Source: Candidatus Gilichinskyi gelida (GTDB lineage: Bacteria; Acidobacteriota; Thermoanaerobaculia; Gp7-AA8). Taken from it: a DNA stretch of 64,000 nt. How positions within the stretch are numbered: the first letter of the stretch is position 1; each line of letters begins with the position of its first letter. A program made the translations under genes and the position numbers. The stretch spans positions 288,858 through 352,857 of the forward strand of contig JBBPII010000005.1 in the NCBI GenBank assembly GCA_038040385.1, written 5' to 3'. The notes beneath the pieces were generated by a model that saw only the letters and a program-made list of their open reading frames with translations, was not told the origin of the DNA and did not search any database. This document shows positions 51,129 through 60,544 of the stretch, one piece after another.

Positions 51129-54038
51129 ATGCCCTCCCGCACCTCGATTGCTATTTTCATCGCGCTCGCCTTAGGCGCGCTCCCCGCCTTCGCGCAGACG
51201 TTCGTCTTCCACCTGCGCGGCGACCAGGAAGTCCCCCCGGTGCCGAGCGTCGCCACCGGCGGCTGCATGATGGAGCTCAATCAGCCGATGGCGCAGACGA
51301 CCATCACCTGCGTTCACAACGTGGTCGGCGCGACGGTCATGCACATCCACCGCGGCGCGCCCGGCGTCAACGGCCCCATCGTCTTCGACCTCGGCGATCC
51401 CGCCAGCCCGGTCACCGCGACCTGGATCGGGATGACGCCTGCCGACATCGCCGACATGCTGGCCGGCAACTTCTACATCAACATCCACACGGCCGGCCGG
51501 CCGGCCGGCGAGATCCGCGGTCAAATTCTGACGCGCACCGTCGACCTGGTGGCCTTCACCGCGAACGGCGCGCAGGTGGTGCCGCCGAACGCGTCGGCGG
51601 CCACGGCGAACTGCACCGCGGACCTCGACAACCCCGCCACCTCGCTCGCGGTGAACTGCACGCACAATTTCGCCTCGCCGCAGAGCGCGCACATTCACGA
51701 GGCGCCCGCCGGCCAGAACGGGCCGATCGTTTTCACCTTCGCCAGCCCGAATTCGCCGCTGTCGGCGAACGTGCCGACGACGCCGCAGCTCGTCGCCGAC
51801 TTCGCCGCCACCTTCCTCTATCTCGACATCCACGGCGCCGGCGGCACCGAGGCGATACCGGCGGATGAGATCCGCGGCCAGATCGGAACGCCGCCCGCAC
51901 CGCCGAGCACCGGAACGATCGAGATCGTCAAGACGACGCAGCCGGCCGGCGGCACCGGTTTCACCTTTACGGACAATGTTCCCGGCTCGCCGGGAACCTT
52001 CGCGCTCAACGACGGCCAGACGCGCACGTTTTCCGCGGTTCCCGCCGGCACGTACACCGTCAGCGAGAACGACCCGACCGTGACGCCCGGCGGCTACACG
52101 CTCGGCGACCTCTCGTGCACCGACGCCGACAGCACCGGCGACACGGCCGCCCGCACGGCGACGGTCCGCCTCGCCGCGGGCGAGACGGTGCGCTGCACGT
52201 TCCGAAACCTGCGCACCGCGGCCACCGACACGCTGTTCGTCTTTCATCTGTCCGGCGACCAGGAGGCGCCGCCGGTCTCCACCACGGAGCGCGGCGGCTG
52301 CATGGGCCGCTTCAACAGCGGCGCCAGCGAGCTCACGCTCATCTGTACTCATGATGTTGCGTCGCCGACGGTCATGCACATCCATCGCGGCGCTCCCGGA
52401 GTCAACGGCCCGATCGTCTTCGACCTCGGCAGTCCCGTCAGCCCGGTGACCGCCACCTGGAGCGGGATGACGCCGGCGGACGTGGCCGATCTCCTCGCCG
52501 GCAACCTGTACATCAACATCCACACCGCGGGCCGGCCGGCGGGAGCGATTCGCGGCCAGATCCTGCCGCGGACCGTCGACGTCGTAAACTTCACGCTCGA
52601 CAGCAGCCAGGTGGTGCCGCCGGGAACCAGCACCGCAACCGGAAACTGCACCGCCGACCTCGACAACCCCGCGACGGCGCTCGCCGTCCAGTGCACGCAC
52701 AACCTGCCGTCGCCCAACCAGGCGCACGTCCACCAGGCGCCCTTCGGCGCGAATGGGCCGATCGTCTTCACCTTCCCCACGCCCGCCAGCCCGTTCTCGG
52801 CGAACGTGCCGATGACGCCGCGGCTGGTCGCCGATTTCGCCGCGTACTTCCTCTACGTCGACGTCCACGGCGTCGCCGGCTCGGAGAGCACGCCCGCTGA
52901 CGAGATCCGCGGCCAGATCGGCGCGCAGGCAGCCCCACCGGCCACCGGCACGATCCGCATCGTCAAATCGACGGCGCCCGCGGGCGGCAGCGGCTTCGGC
53001 TTCACCGACAACGTTCCCGGCTCGAGCGGCAGCTTCACTCTCAGCGACGGCGGCGTGCGGACCTTCACCAGCGTCGCCGCCGGCACGTACACGATTACGG
53101 AGAACAATCCGGCCGCAAGCGGCTACTCGCCGACGGACGTCAACTGCGACGACGCGGACAGCGCCGGCGACCCGTTCGCGCGTACGGCGTCCGTTCATCT
53201 GCAGGCCGGCGAAACGGTCACCTGCACGTTCCACAATCTGCAGTCGCAGGCCGCATCGTCGCTGTTCGTCTTCCACCTCTCCGGCGACCAGGAAGTGCCG
53301 CCGGTGGCCACGGCGGCGACCGGCGGTTGCTTCATGCAATTCACCGCCACGTTGAGCCAGCTCTCCATGGTGTGCACGCACAACGTCGGCAGCCCGGTGC
53401 AGATGCACATCCACCGCGGCGCCCCCGGCGTCAACGGCCCGATCCTCTTCGACCTCGGCAACCCGAGCAGCCCCGTGGAGGCCGTTTGGACCGGCATGAC
53501 GCCCTCCGACGTCGCCGATCTCATGGCGGGAAACCTGTACATAAACATCCACGCCAGCGGCCGGCCGGCGGGGGAAATCCGAGGACAGATCCTTCCGCGG
53601 ACCATCGACCACTTCAGCTTCGTCCTGACCGGCAGCCAGATGGTGCCGCCGACCGATTCGACGGCCACCGGCAATTGCGCGGCGGACCTGTCGGACGATG
53701 CCGGGTCGCTGTCCATCCAGTGCCGCCTCAGCATCGCGAACCCGACCGCGATCCATCTGCACGACGGACCTCCAGGGGTGAACGGGCCGGTGGTCTTCGA
53801 CTTCCCCCCCAGCAGTTCGTTCGCGGGCGCCGCGCCGCTGACGCCGCGGCTGGTGGCGGATTTCGCCGCCGGCTTCCTCTACCTGGACATTCATTCGGCG
53901 AACGATCCCGACGGCGAGATCCGCGGACAGCTCACCGCTTCGTCGGCGTCCGCGGCGGCCATCCCGATGTTCGACGGATGGATGATGATGCTGCTCGCCG
54001 CGGCGCTGGTAAGTCTCGCGGTGTGGCGGATGCGTTAG
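51129..54038 (+). CDS. secreted 6x CHRD-domain repeat protein with C-terminal TM anchor
   Basis: Signal peptide. Six CHRD-like units (e.g. TFVFHLRGDQEVPPV...MHIHRGAPGVNGPIVFDLG; ...AHIHEAPAGQNGPIVFTF) interleaved with Ig-like GTIEIVKTTQPAGGTGFTFTDN... modules. C-terminal ...IPMFDGWMMMLLAAALVSLAVWRMR. Confidence 0.7.
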   Translation: MPSRTSIAIFIALALGALPAFAQTFVFHLRGDQEVPPVPSVATGGCMMELNQPMAQTTITCVHNVVGATVMHIHRGAPGVNGPIVFDLGDPASPVTATWIGMTPADIADMLAGNFYINIHTAGRPAGEIRGQILTRTVDLVAFTANGAQVVPPNASAATANCTADLDNPATSLAVNCTHNFASPQSAHIHEAPAGQNGPIVFTFASPNSPLSANVPTTPQLVADFAATFLYLDIHGAGGTEAIPADEIRGQIGTPPAPPSTGTIEIVKTTQPAGGTGFTFTDNVPGSPGTFALNDGQTRTFSAVPAGTYTVSENDPTVTPGGYTLGDLSCTDADSTGDTAARTATVRLAAGETVRCTFRNLRTAATDTLFVFHLSGDQEAPPVSTTERGGCMGRFNSGASELTLICTHDVASPTVMHIHRGAPGVNGPIVFDLGSPVSPVTATWSGMTPADVADLLAGNLYINIHTAGRPAGAIRGQILPRTVDVVNFTLDSSQVVPPGTSTATGNCTADLDNPATALAVQCTHNLPSPNQAHVHQAPFGANGPIVFTFPTPASPFSANVPMTPRLVADFAAYFLYVDVHGVAGSESTPADEIRGQIGAQAAPPATGTIRIVKSTAPAGGSGFGFTDNVPGSSGSFTLSDGGVRTFTSVAAGTYTITENNPAASGYSPTDVNCDDADSAGDPFARTASVHLQAGETVTCTFHNLQSQAASSLFVFHLSGDQEVPPVATAATGGCFMQFTATLSQLSMVCTHNVGSPVQMHIHRGAPGVNGPILFDLGNPSSPVEAVWTGMTPSDVADLMAGNLYINIHASGRPAGEIRGQILPRTIDHFSFVLTGSQMVPPTDSTATGNCAADLSDDAGSLSIQCRLSIANPTAIHLHDGPPGVNGPVVFDFPPSSSFAGAAPLTPRLVADFAAGFLYLDIHSANDPDGEIRGQLTASSASAAAIPMFDGWMMMLLAAALVSLAVWRMR
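51195..53990 (+). repeat. three tandem ~1.03-kb coding repeats (units start near 51195, 52230, 53260; the third lacks the Ig-like module)
   Basis: Protein-level super-repeats (2 CHRD + 1 Ig-like) with recognisable DNA-level similarity. Confidence 0.65.
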
Positions 54039-54844
54039 CGCCTGAACGCCCCCGCCCACCACTCCCCCTTCTCGCGCTCCGCCACCATCGGCAACGGACA
54101 GGCCGCGACGACCTCGGCGCGCTTGTCGAGAAGGATTCCGCTCAAGATCAACGTCCCGCCGACGTGCCTCACAACCTCATCGAGCAGCGGGAGGATGACC
54201 TCGGGAATGATGTTCATGGTCACCACGTCGAAGCGTCCGCCGCGCAGCGCTTCGACGCCGCCGATGAACAGCGGCATGCGCGACGGCTCGACGCCGTTGC
54301 GCGCGCGGTTGTCGCGCAGCGCGCCGTAGGCGTCGGTGTCGTTGTCGAAGGCGATGGCCTTCGCCGCGCCGAGGCGGAGCATGGCCAGGGCCAGGATGCC
54401 GCTGCCGGAGCCGACGTCGAGGCCGCGGCCCAGCGCGAGGTCGAGCGTCTCCAGCAACTCGATGCAGAGCGAGGTCGTCTCGTGCGAGCCGGTGCCGAAG
54501 GCCTGCTCCTGCGGGATCACCAGGGCGTGGCGGCGCGTGTCGGGCGGAATGAGCTTGGCGTCGGGAGCGACGACGAACGATTCGCCGATGACGATCGGCT
54601 GTAGTAACTGTTGATATAGCTGAAGCCAGTCCACCGGCGCGCGCTCGGAGGCGCGGATCTCGACGTCGGCGAAGAACGCCGCCGCTTCGTCGCGGTCCTC
54701 CGCCGACTCGAAGTAGGCGGTGATGAGCGTCGCGGCGTCGACGTCATCGGAGGTGCTGCCGGTGGAGCGGGTGAGGAAAAGGCGGGCGATCATCTCCTCT
54801 TCGCGCTTCGGATCGCAGGAGATCTCGAGGAGGAAGTCGTTCAT
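54035..54844 (-). CDS. prmA: ribosomal protein L11 methyltransferase
   Basis: LDVGSGSGILALAML SAM motif and PrmA layout. Confidence 0.8.
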   Translation of the reverse strand: MNDFLLEISCDPKREEEMIARLFLTRSTGSTSDDVDAATLITAYFESAEDRDEAAAFFADVEIRASERAPVDWLQLYQQLLQPIVIGESFVVAPDAKLIPPDTRRHALVIPQEQAFGTGSHETTSLCIELLETLDLALGRGLDVGSGSGILALAMLRLGAAKAIAFDNDTDAYGALRDNRARNGVEPSRMPLFIGGVEALRGGRFDVVTMNIIPEVILPLLDEVVRHVGGTLILSGILLDKRAEVVAACPLPMVAEREKGEWWAGAFRR

Positions 54845-54895
54845 GCGCCGGCGATCGTAGCAGCCGGCGCATGAACAGCTCGGGCGTCAGCGGGG

Positions 54896-55996
54896 TTATT
54901 TCGCTCCCTCGTTGCCGCTCTTTTCCTTTGGTTTGACCGTGGAGCGGACGACGATGATCTTGTTGAGAATGTCGAACCAGAACGGCGCTCCGAGCGTCAC
55001 GGCCGCGGCGGTGATGAGGATGCCGAGAATCTTGGAGAGCCAGTCCAAGCCGGTTGCGGGTCGGCTATGGTTCTTCCACCCGATCGGGAGGCCGAAAGAC
55101 TCCATCTTGTCCAAGCTCCCGGTCAATCGTTTGAGGGTCGCATCGATCGCCTCGTGATCCGCCTTTGTCTTCGCTTCCCCCTTCGCCTCCACCTGCCCCT
55201 TCGCCTCCACCTGCCCCTTCGCCTCCACCTGCCCCTTCGCCTCCGCCGCCTTCGCCTCTGCTGCCGCCTTCGCCTTCGCCTCCGCCGCCGCCTCCTCACG
55301 CAGCTTCTGGGTCACCTCGGTCGTCGCCGCGTTTACGACCGCCGCGCGCAGCGCCTTGTCGGTCGCCAGTTTCTTGGCCACCGCGATACTGTCGACGTTC
55401 AGCGCGCCTGCGGCCGCTAGTCCAACCAAGGCGAGAATCCAGTGCGTCCGCCGCTTGTACCAACCGGAGACGCGGTCCATGCTGGAGTTGAACCACTCCT
55501 CAACGTTCTCCCGCGCCTTCGCGGCATTGTTCGCGGCGGCGGTGATCAGCCGCCCAACCGCCTGATCCACGCCGCCGATGGCGCCCGCGAGCGGGTTAGC
55601 GATCGGCGCGACGGCCGCGGGCGCCGGATCAACCGTGCCCGCAGCCGGTGGCGCGGCCGCGGTGGCACCGGCGAGCGGCACGTTCAGTACGTCCATGAGG
55701 GCCAATGCAAAGTTGCGGGCGGGGATGTAGGACGGCAGCTTGCGCTTGGCCCACATGCCCGCTGTGGTGACGTTCGGAAAGTTGCCGCGGTAAAGGCTGG
55801 CGATGAGTGGGTGGTCATAGACCTGCGCGACGATCGCCGGGTTGTTTATCAGCTCGCCGATTCCCTCCAGCAGATCGCGCCCGCGGTATTGCAACAGCGT
55901 CTCGATGATCTCGATCACCGCCGAGGCGATGAGACTCATCATCAGGTACAAGAAAACCACGCCGATGGCCACGTCGAGCATTTCGAGACCGAACAT
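54896..55996 (-). CDS. uncharacterised membrane protein, paralog A (family with 59525..60535)
   Basis: N-terminal TM MFGLEMLDVAIGVVFLYLMMSLIASAVIE; conserved ...PSYIPARNFALALMD..., ...AKARENVEEWFNSSMDRVSGWYKRR... and C-terminal TM ...LGAPFWFDILNKIIVVRSTVKPKEKSG; contains a GQVEAK tandem repeat. Confidence 0.5.
   Translation of the reverse strand: MFGLEMLDVAIGVVFLYLMMSLIASAVIEIIETLLQYRGRDLLEGIGELINNPAIVAQVYDHPLIASLYRGNFPNVTTAGMWAKRKLPSYIPARNFALALMDVLNVPLAGATAAAPPAAGTVDPAPAAVAPIANPLAGAIGGVDQAVGRLITAAANNAAKARENVEEWFNSSMDRVSGWYKRRTHWILALVGLAAAGALNVDSIAVAKKLATDKALRAAVVNAATTEVTQKLREEAAAEAKAKAAAEAKAAEAKGQVEAKGQVEAKGQVEAKGEAKTKADHEAIDATLKRLTGSLDKMESFGLPIGWKNHSRPATGLDWLSKILGILITAAAVTLGAPFWFDILNKIIVVRSTVKPKEKSGNEGAK
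55175..55290. repeat. 18-bp tandem coding repeat (GQVEAK)x3 within an Ala/Lys-rich low-complexity tract
   Basis: CCCCTTCGCCTCCACCTG repeated on the plus strand (coding on minus). Confidence 0.6.
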
Positions 55997-56027
55997 TCCG
56001 TCCTCCCTCGTCGGGGATTGACGGACA

Positions 56028-56633
56028 TCAGCCGGGATTTCCGCCGAACGCGTCGCGATAGTCCGCCATCGCCGCCTCGATCACCGCGGCCGCGTGCGCG
56101 TAACCGTAGGTCCGCGCGATGCGGACGCGCGGCGGCTCGCCGGGAACGAGCTTGTAGGTGGTGAAGTAGTGCTGGAGGCGCTCGATGAGCACGGCGGGGA
56201 TGTCGTCGATCTCGCCGGCCTCCCCCCACACGTAGTCTCCCTGCAGGACGGCGATGATCTTGTCGTCGGCCTCATCGCGATCGATCATCTGCAGGCCGCC
56301 GACGACCCGGGCGGGGATGACGATCTCCGACTTGGTGATCGGCCGCTCGCTGAGGACGCAGATGTCGAGCGGATCGCCGTCGCCGCGCGGCGCCGACGCC
56401 AACTCCGCCACCTTCGCCGCGCAGTAGGTCTGCGGGATGAAGCCGTACAGCGCCGGCGGCTGCGACGACGTCCGCTGCGGCCGGTCGACCCGCAAGTAGC
56501 CGCTGGCCTTGTCCACCTCGTACTTCACCAAATCGAACGGCGTGATCTCGATGTACGCATTGACCACGCGCGGTGCGTCCGCGCCGGGCTCGAGACCGTG
56601 CCAAGGGTGGGGGCGGAAGCGCGAAAAGGCCAC
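56028..56633 (-). CDS. ppa: inorganic pyrophosphatase (family I)
   Basis: ...[10 protein letters not shown]... and the conserved Asp cluster; 201 aa. Confidence 0.9.
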   Translation of the reverse strand: MAFSRFRPHPWHGLEPGADAPRVVNAYIEITPFDLVKYEVDKASGYLRVDRPQRTSSQPPALYGFIPQTYCAAKVAELASAPRGDGDPLDICVLSERPITKSEIVIPARVVGGLQMIDRDEADDKIIAVLQGDYVWGEAGEIDDIPAVLIERLQHYFTTYKLVPGEPPRVRIARTYGYAHAAAVIEAAMADYRDAFGGNPG

Positions 56634-56642
56634 GCGCGGAGT

Positions 56643-56924
56643 CTATCCCGCGCTCCGTACCGGGACGCGCACGCCAGCAGCAGGGACACCCCGAAGGATG
56701 CCTTGGACAGACAGGTCTTCGTCAATTTCCGGCCAATGAATGCCAAAGCCAGCGCCTGCTATCTGCCACTCGTTACGCTGGGTCGCCGTTGCGTGTAGCA
56801 AGCGTGGATACCAGACGAGTGGCACGCTGACCGTGCGGCCGTCTGCGAGGTCGACCACGAGCGTGTCCTCGGTGACGTGAACGCCTACGATGCGCTCGCC
56901 GGGTTTAGGTTCCGAAGTATTCAT
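56643..56924 (-). CDS. DUF2442 domain protein
   Basis: ...[50 protein letters not shown]... Confidence 0.7.
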   Translation of the reverse strand: MNTSEPKPGERIVGVHVTEDTLVVDLADGRTVSVPLVWYPRLLHATATQRNEWQIAGAGFGIHWPEIDEDLSVQGILRGVPAAGVRVPVRSAG

Positions 56925-57180
56925 TCCAAGCCTGCATCAGCTTCAGCTGGTTCTCACTGATCATCGTTTCGATCGTGCGCAACTCACGTGCCGGAAAGCC
57001 AAAGTTGACCACGAGAGCCACGGGTTGGAGCCAGAACTTGGCCGACGACTCGTCTCGATCTACGTGCACATGGGGCGGCTCGCCTGGCTCGTGGCTGTAA
57101 AAGTACACCCGGTAGGGACCGTTGCGCAAAACCGTTGGCACGCGCCGAAAGTGTAGCGCGGCAGGCCGGGAGCGATGCAC
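56905..57180 (-). CDS. DUF4160 domain protein
   Basis: ...YRVYFYSHEPGEPPHVHVDRDESSAKFWLQP...FGFPARELRTIETMISENQ...; likely GTG start near 57138; overlaps DUF2442 by 20 bp. Confidence 0.7.
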   Translation of the reverse strand: MHRSRPAALHFRRVPTVLRNGPYRVYFYSHEPGEPPHVHVDRDESSAKFWLQPVALVVNFGFPARELRTIETMISENQLKLMQAWNEYFGT

Positions 57181-57344
57181 GGCGTGAGAGAGTTCACTGT
57201 TTCCCGAGGCGCGACAGCAAGCGACCGTCCACTCCGGGTAGAACCGATCCAGCGTGCAAACCCACCCCGTCGGAAGGCCTCCATCACGTGCGGATGCGGC
57301 CGACCCGGGAGCAACTCCGTTGTCAGGATTATTGCGAGTGCCTT

Positions 57345-57854
57345 CTAAGGTGATACCAATTCCAAAGCCACATCTCTGAAAAGTTCAATGTAGGCCTCGA
57401 AGAGATCGTTGGCGGATCGAGGCTTCACGCCTGAAGGCGCAACGTTCTCGAGCAGCAGATCACCAACCGAGTAACCCTGCCTAAGTTTACGCCTCCGCAG
57501 CCTTCGTGCGACCTCGGTGAATGCTGTTCGCGATTTTCTCGAGGTGTGCGCGACGCGGTTTCGGATGACCGCCGCGTCGTCTAAAGCAGTCTTGACTGGT
57601 CCGAGCTGTTTGGCATACGGATTTGCCTTTGTGAAGAATAGTTCAGCTCGACGCAAGGTATCTTCCACGGTCCAGTTTAGGTAGTGTTTCTCGGGGTCGA
57701 AACCGGGTTTCCCGGCGATAACCGCGTAGGCATCTTTGATTGAGGTTGCAGGGCCGAACCTCAACTTCGGAACTTCGGCGTACTGTGATTTCGCCCCCGC
57801 TAGATATCGCACAAACGAGTGTTCGAGAAATTGCTCGAAAGCACTTAGGCGGTG
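57345..57854 (-). pseudogene. C-terminal fragment of an IS-interrupted gene (possible HEPN-like, R-x4-H motif)
   Basis: The ORF is open from the IS boundary (HRLSAFEQFLEHSFVRYLAGAKSQ...) and contains ...AAVIRNRVAHTSRKS...; the N-terminal fragment lies at 59140..59496. Confidence 0.35.
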
Positions 57855-59139
57855 TCAAACATTAACATTTACAGATCGGCGCGTGGCCGAATGATGTAGT
57901 TCCATTCACCGTGAAACGAATCAGGGGCGAGGTTGACTGTGGCGATCTCTTTGTCACTCACCTTGCGGCCAACAGGGTACCGACGTCTGTCCAATCGGCA
58001 CGTTACCTTCAGCCCCTTGGCAGTGGTTGTCTTGGCGATTAGACGCACGATGGTTTCGTAGTCGCGCAGGGGCTCGCCACGCCAGTTCGACGAGATGAAT
58101 GAGAACAAGCGATGCTCGACCTTGTTCCATTTGCTTGTTCCTGGAGGGAAGTGGCACACCACGATGGAGAGGCCAGCCCAGTCCGCTAGTCCCTGCAGCC
58201 CGATCTTCCATTGCCGAAGGCGGTAGCCATTGCTGCCGCCGGCGTCCGCGGTAATCAGGAGAGTGTTGGCTTTCGGATAAAGGCGCCGTCCTTCAGCGCG
58301 CCACACCCTCGAATGGATGCTACCGCAAACGCACCGGTGTCATGATCGGTCCCCACGTTCACGAACCCGGTATTGCGACCCAAGTCGTAGATGCCGTATG
58401 GGTACGCTCGCGGCACCGATGGATCGGGGAAGTCGTGAACGTTCACTCTCTGAGGAGTTTTCGTCTTCAGCCATTGCCGACCCTCGTTCTGGTAATTGCC
58501 AAGGATCTCTTTCTTCTTCGTATCGACAGAGATGACTGGTCGCTTCCGAGCGAGGGCCTCGCGGACTTTTTCATTAATGTATTGAAACTGCGCGTCGCGG
58601 TCCGGGTGATCGCTGCCCTCGTCGGTCTTGCGGTTCCCCTGTAGGCTGTAGTCCATCTGTCGCAGCAACTGTGCGACCTTCTCGTGGCTCACCGAGTGGT
58701 CCTGGGCGGCCAGTTCAGCCGAGAGAGCGCGCGTACTCTTGCTTGTCCATCTCAGCGGCGAGTCCGGGTCCCCACGCGTGAGCGGTTCGACCAGCGCTCC
58801 AGTTTGCTCGGTAGGTCGGGATCGAGCGCGACCAGGGACGGCCGTCCCCCACCCCAGCGCCGAACGCGTCCCGGCGGCAGCGGCGGATCTTCCAATTCTT
58901 GCAATCCCTTCGTGATCGTGACTCGAGACAATCCGCAGGCCTTGCTGACGGTCGTCACGCCTCCGTGGCCGAGTTCACGAGCCTCGCTCGCGGCAAACAA
59001 CCGCCGCGCCCGCTCGTCCAGATGAGGCCAAAGGAGAGCCACCTTCTGCTGAAGCGCACGCACGGTCGTCATGCTCAAGGAGCTTAACCTGAAGGTCTCT
59101 GAATGTAAACGTTATTACTTGACGACGCCTTACCGCAGC
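57855..59139 (-). mobile_element. IS630-family insertion sequence with fragmented transposase
   Basis: Imperfect terminal inverted repeats GTCAAACATTAACATTTACAG (57855..) and CTGAATGTAAACGTTATTACTTGAC (..59139). Transposase in 3 frames: HTH part 58752..59078, middle 58255..58692, DDE part 57869..58306. Confidence 0.65.
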
Positions 59140-59496
59140 AAGAAAGGAGAGCGAGATGACTTTTCTTGCTTGCGCTGGATGCAAGGCGTTGATGTTAACT
59201 GCATCATAAGTCCACTCGCAAAACGGGCGAACTGCCGCGTAAAGGTTGCTTGCCGAGTCGAGCGCTCGATCAAGCTCCCAGACGGTGGACGTCAGCGCCA
59301 TTGGCTTTGGCATCGCAAAATCGGAGCGCCATGATATCTCCGTCGCGCAGTGGTGTGCTTGGCGATAGAGACCCTTGCGAAGGCCTAACTTTGTAGTAGT
59401 GCAGGATATCCAGCGCCGCTTTGCGGCGTAGCACGTTGCGTTGACGGTATTTTCGCGCAACTCACTGATATTGCTCGCGTGTGCTGCAAACGACAT
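59140..59496 (-). pseudogene. N-terminal fragment of the IS-interrupted gene
   Basis: MSFAAHASNISELRENTVNATCYAAKRRW...LSFLAAVRR ends exactly at the IS right inverted repeat. Confidence 0.35.
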
Positions 59497-59524
59497 CGCG
59501 TTTATGCAGCGGTATATGCGCTGC

Positions 59525-60535
59525 TCACTGGCTGGGCGGCGGCGCCTGCGGCTCTTTCGGCCCCTCCGTCCCGCTCTTCTCCCGCGGCTTCACTGTCGAG
59601 CGGACCACCATGAACTTGTTCAGGAGGTCGAACCAGAACGGCGCGCCGAGGCAGACGGCGAAGGCGGTGAGCAGCCAGCCGACCAGGGTCAGGCCGCCTG
59701 CGGCGCTGAGGTTTTGCTTCCAGCAGCTCTGCCAGCAGGGATCAAGGATCTTCACCGTTTGCCGGTCGCATTTCCGGCACGACGGCCAGCCGAGCGGGAG
59801 TCCCAGCCGCCCGAGCTCTGTACTGACCGAGTCGAACTCCTTCGTGATGTCGCCGGCGGGCTGCTTGGCGTAATTCGTGGCGATGGCCACGATGGCCTCG
59901 CGCTTCGCCTTGTTGGTCATCAGCTCGCGGAGGATGCGCACGGTGTCGATGTTCAGCCCGACGGCGACGATCAATCCGATGACGAACAGCGCGCGCTGCG
60001 CGCGCCGCTTGTACCCGCCGGAGACCCTGTCCATCGCCGTGTCGAACCAGAACTCGATGTTCTCGCGCGCCTTCTGTGCATCGCCGGCGGCGGCGTTGAC
60101 CAGCGTGAGCACCGCGTGGCGCGCCTGATCGGCGAGCGGATCGCCGGTCATCCCGCCCACCAGCGCCGCGGTGCTGACGCCCGCCCCCGTCCCCGGTCCC
60201 GCCGCACCCGCCACGCCCTTGTGCTGCGAGGGGTCGGGGCTGATCAGCAGATCCATGATGGCCAGCGCGAAGCTGCGCGACGGGATGTACGACGGCAGGT
60301 CGCGCATGCCCGGCTTGTAAGTGCCCTTGAACAGACCGTTGATCAGCGGATGGTTGTAAAACCGGGCCACCAGGTTCGGGTCGCGGAGCAGCTCGCCGAT
60401 GCCGCGCTCCAGGTCCGACGATCGCCGCTTGAGCACCGCCTCGGCGCTTTCGACGATCGCCGAGCAGAGGAGGCTGACCAGGAGATAGACGAATGCGATT
60501 CCGATCGCCACGTCGAGCATATCCAGTCCGAACAT
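59525..60535 (-). CDS. uncharacterised membrane protein, paralog B
   Basis: Collinear with paralog A (MFGLDMLDVAIGIAFVYLLVSLLCSAIVE..., ...PSYIPSRSFALAIMD..., ...QKARENIEFWFDTAMDRVSGGYKRR..., ...LGAPFWFDLLNKFMVVRSTVKPREKSG...); has 4 extra Cys (CRKCD...CWQSCW). Confidence 0.5.
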   Translation of the reverse strand: MFGLDMLDVAIGIAFVYLLVSLLCSAIVESAEAVLKRRSSDLERGIGELLRDPNLVARFYNHPLINGLFKGTYKPGMRDLPSYIPSRSFALAIMDLLISPDPSQHKGVAGAAGPGTGAGVSTAALVGGMTGDPLADQARHAVLTLVNAAAGDAQKARENIEFWFDTAMDRVSGGYKRRAQRALFVIGLIVAVGLNIDTVRILRELMTNKAKREAIVAIATNYAKQPAGDITKEFDSVSTELGRLGLPLGWPSCRKCDRQTVKILDPCWQSCWKQNLSAAGGLTLVGWLLTAFAVCLGAPFWFDLLNKFMVVRSTVKPREKSGTEGPKEPQAPPPSQ

Positions 60536-60544
60536 GGGAAGCCC

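Noticed and set aside
51171-54062. 963-aa antisense ORF across the CHRD-repeat gene
   Set aside because: The plus strand shows repeated, well-conserved CHRD motifs and a signal peptide; the antisense frame is Arg/Gly-rich with no motifs
55175-55290. Possible CRISPR-like short tandem repeats
   Set aside because: Repeats are 18 bp, contiguous without spacers and lie inside a coding region (GQVEAK units); no CRISPR array architecture anywhere in the window
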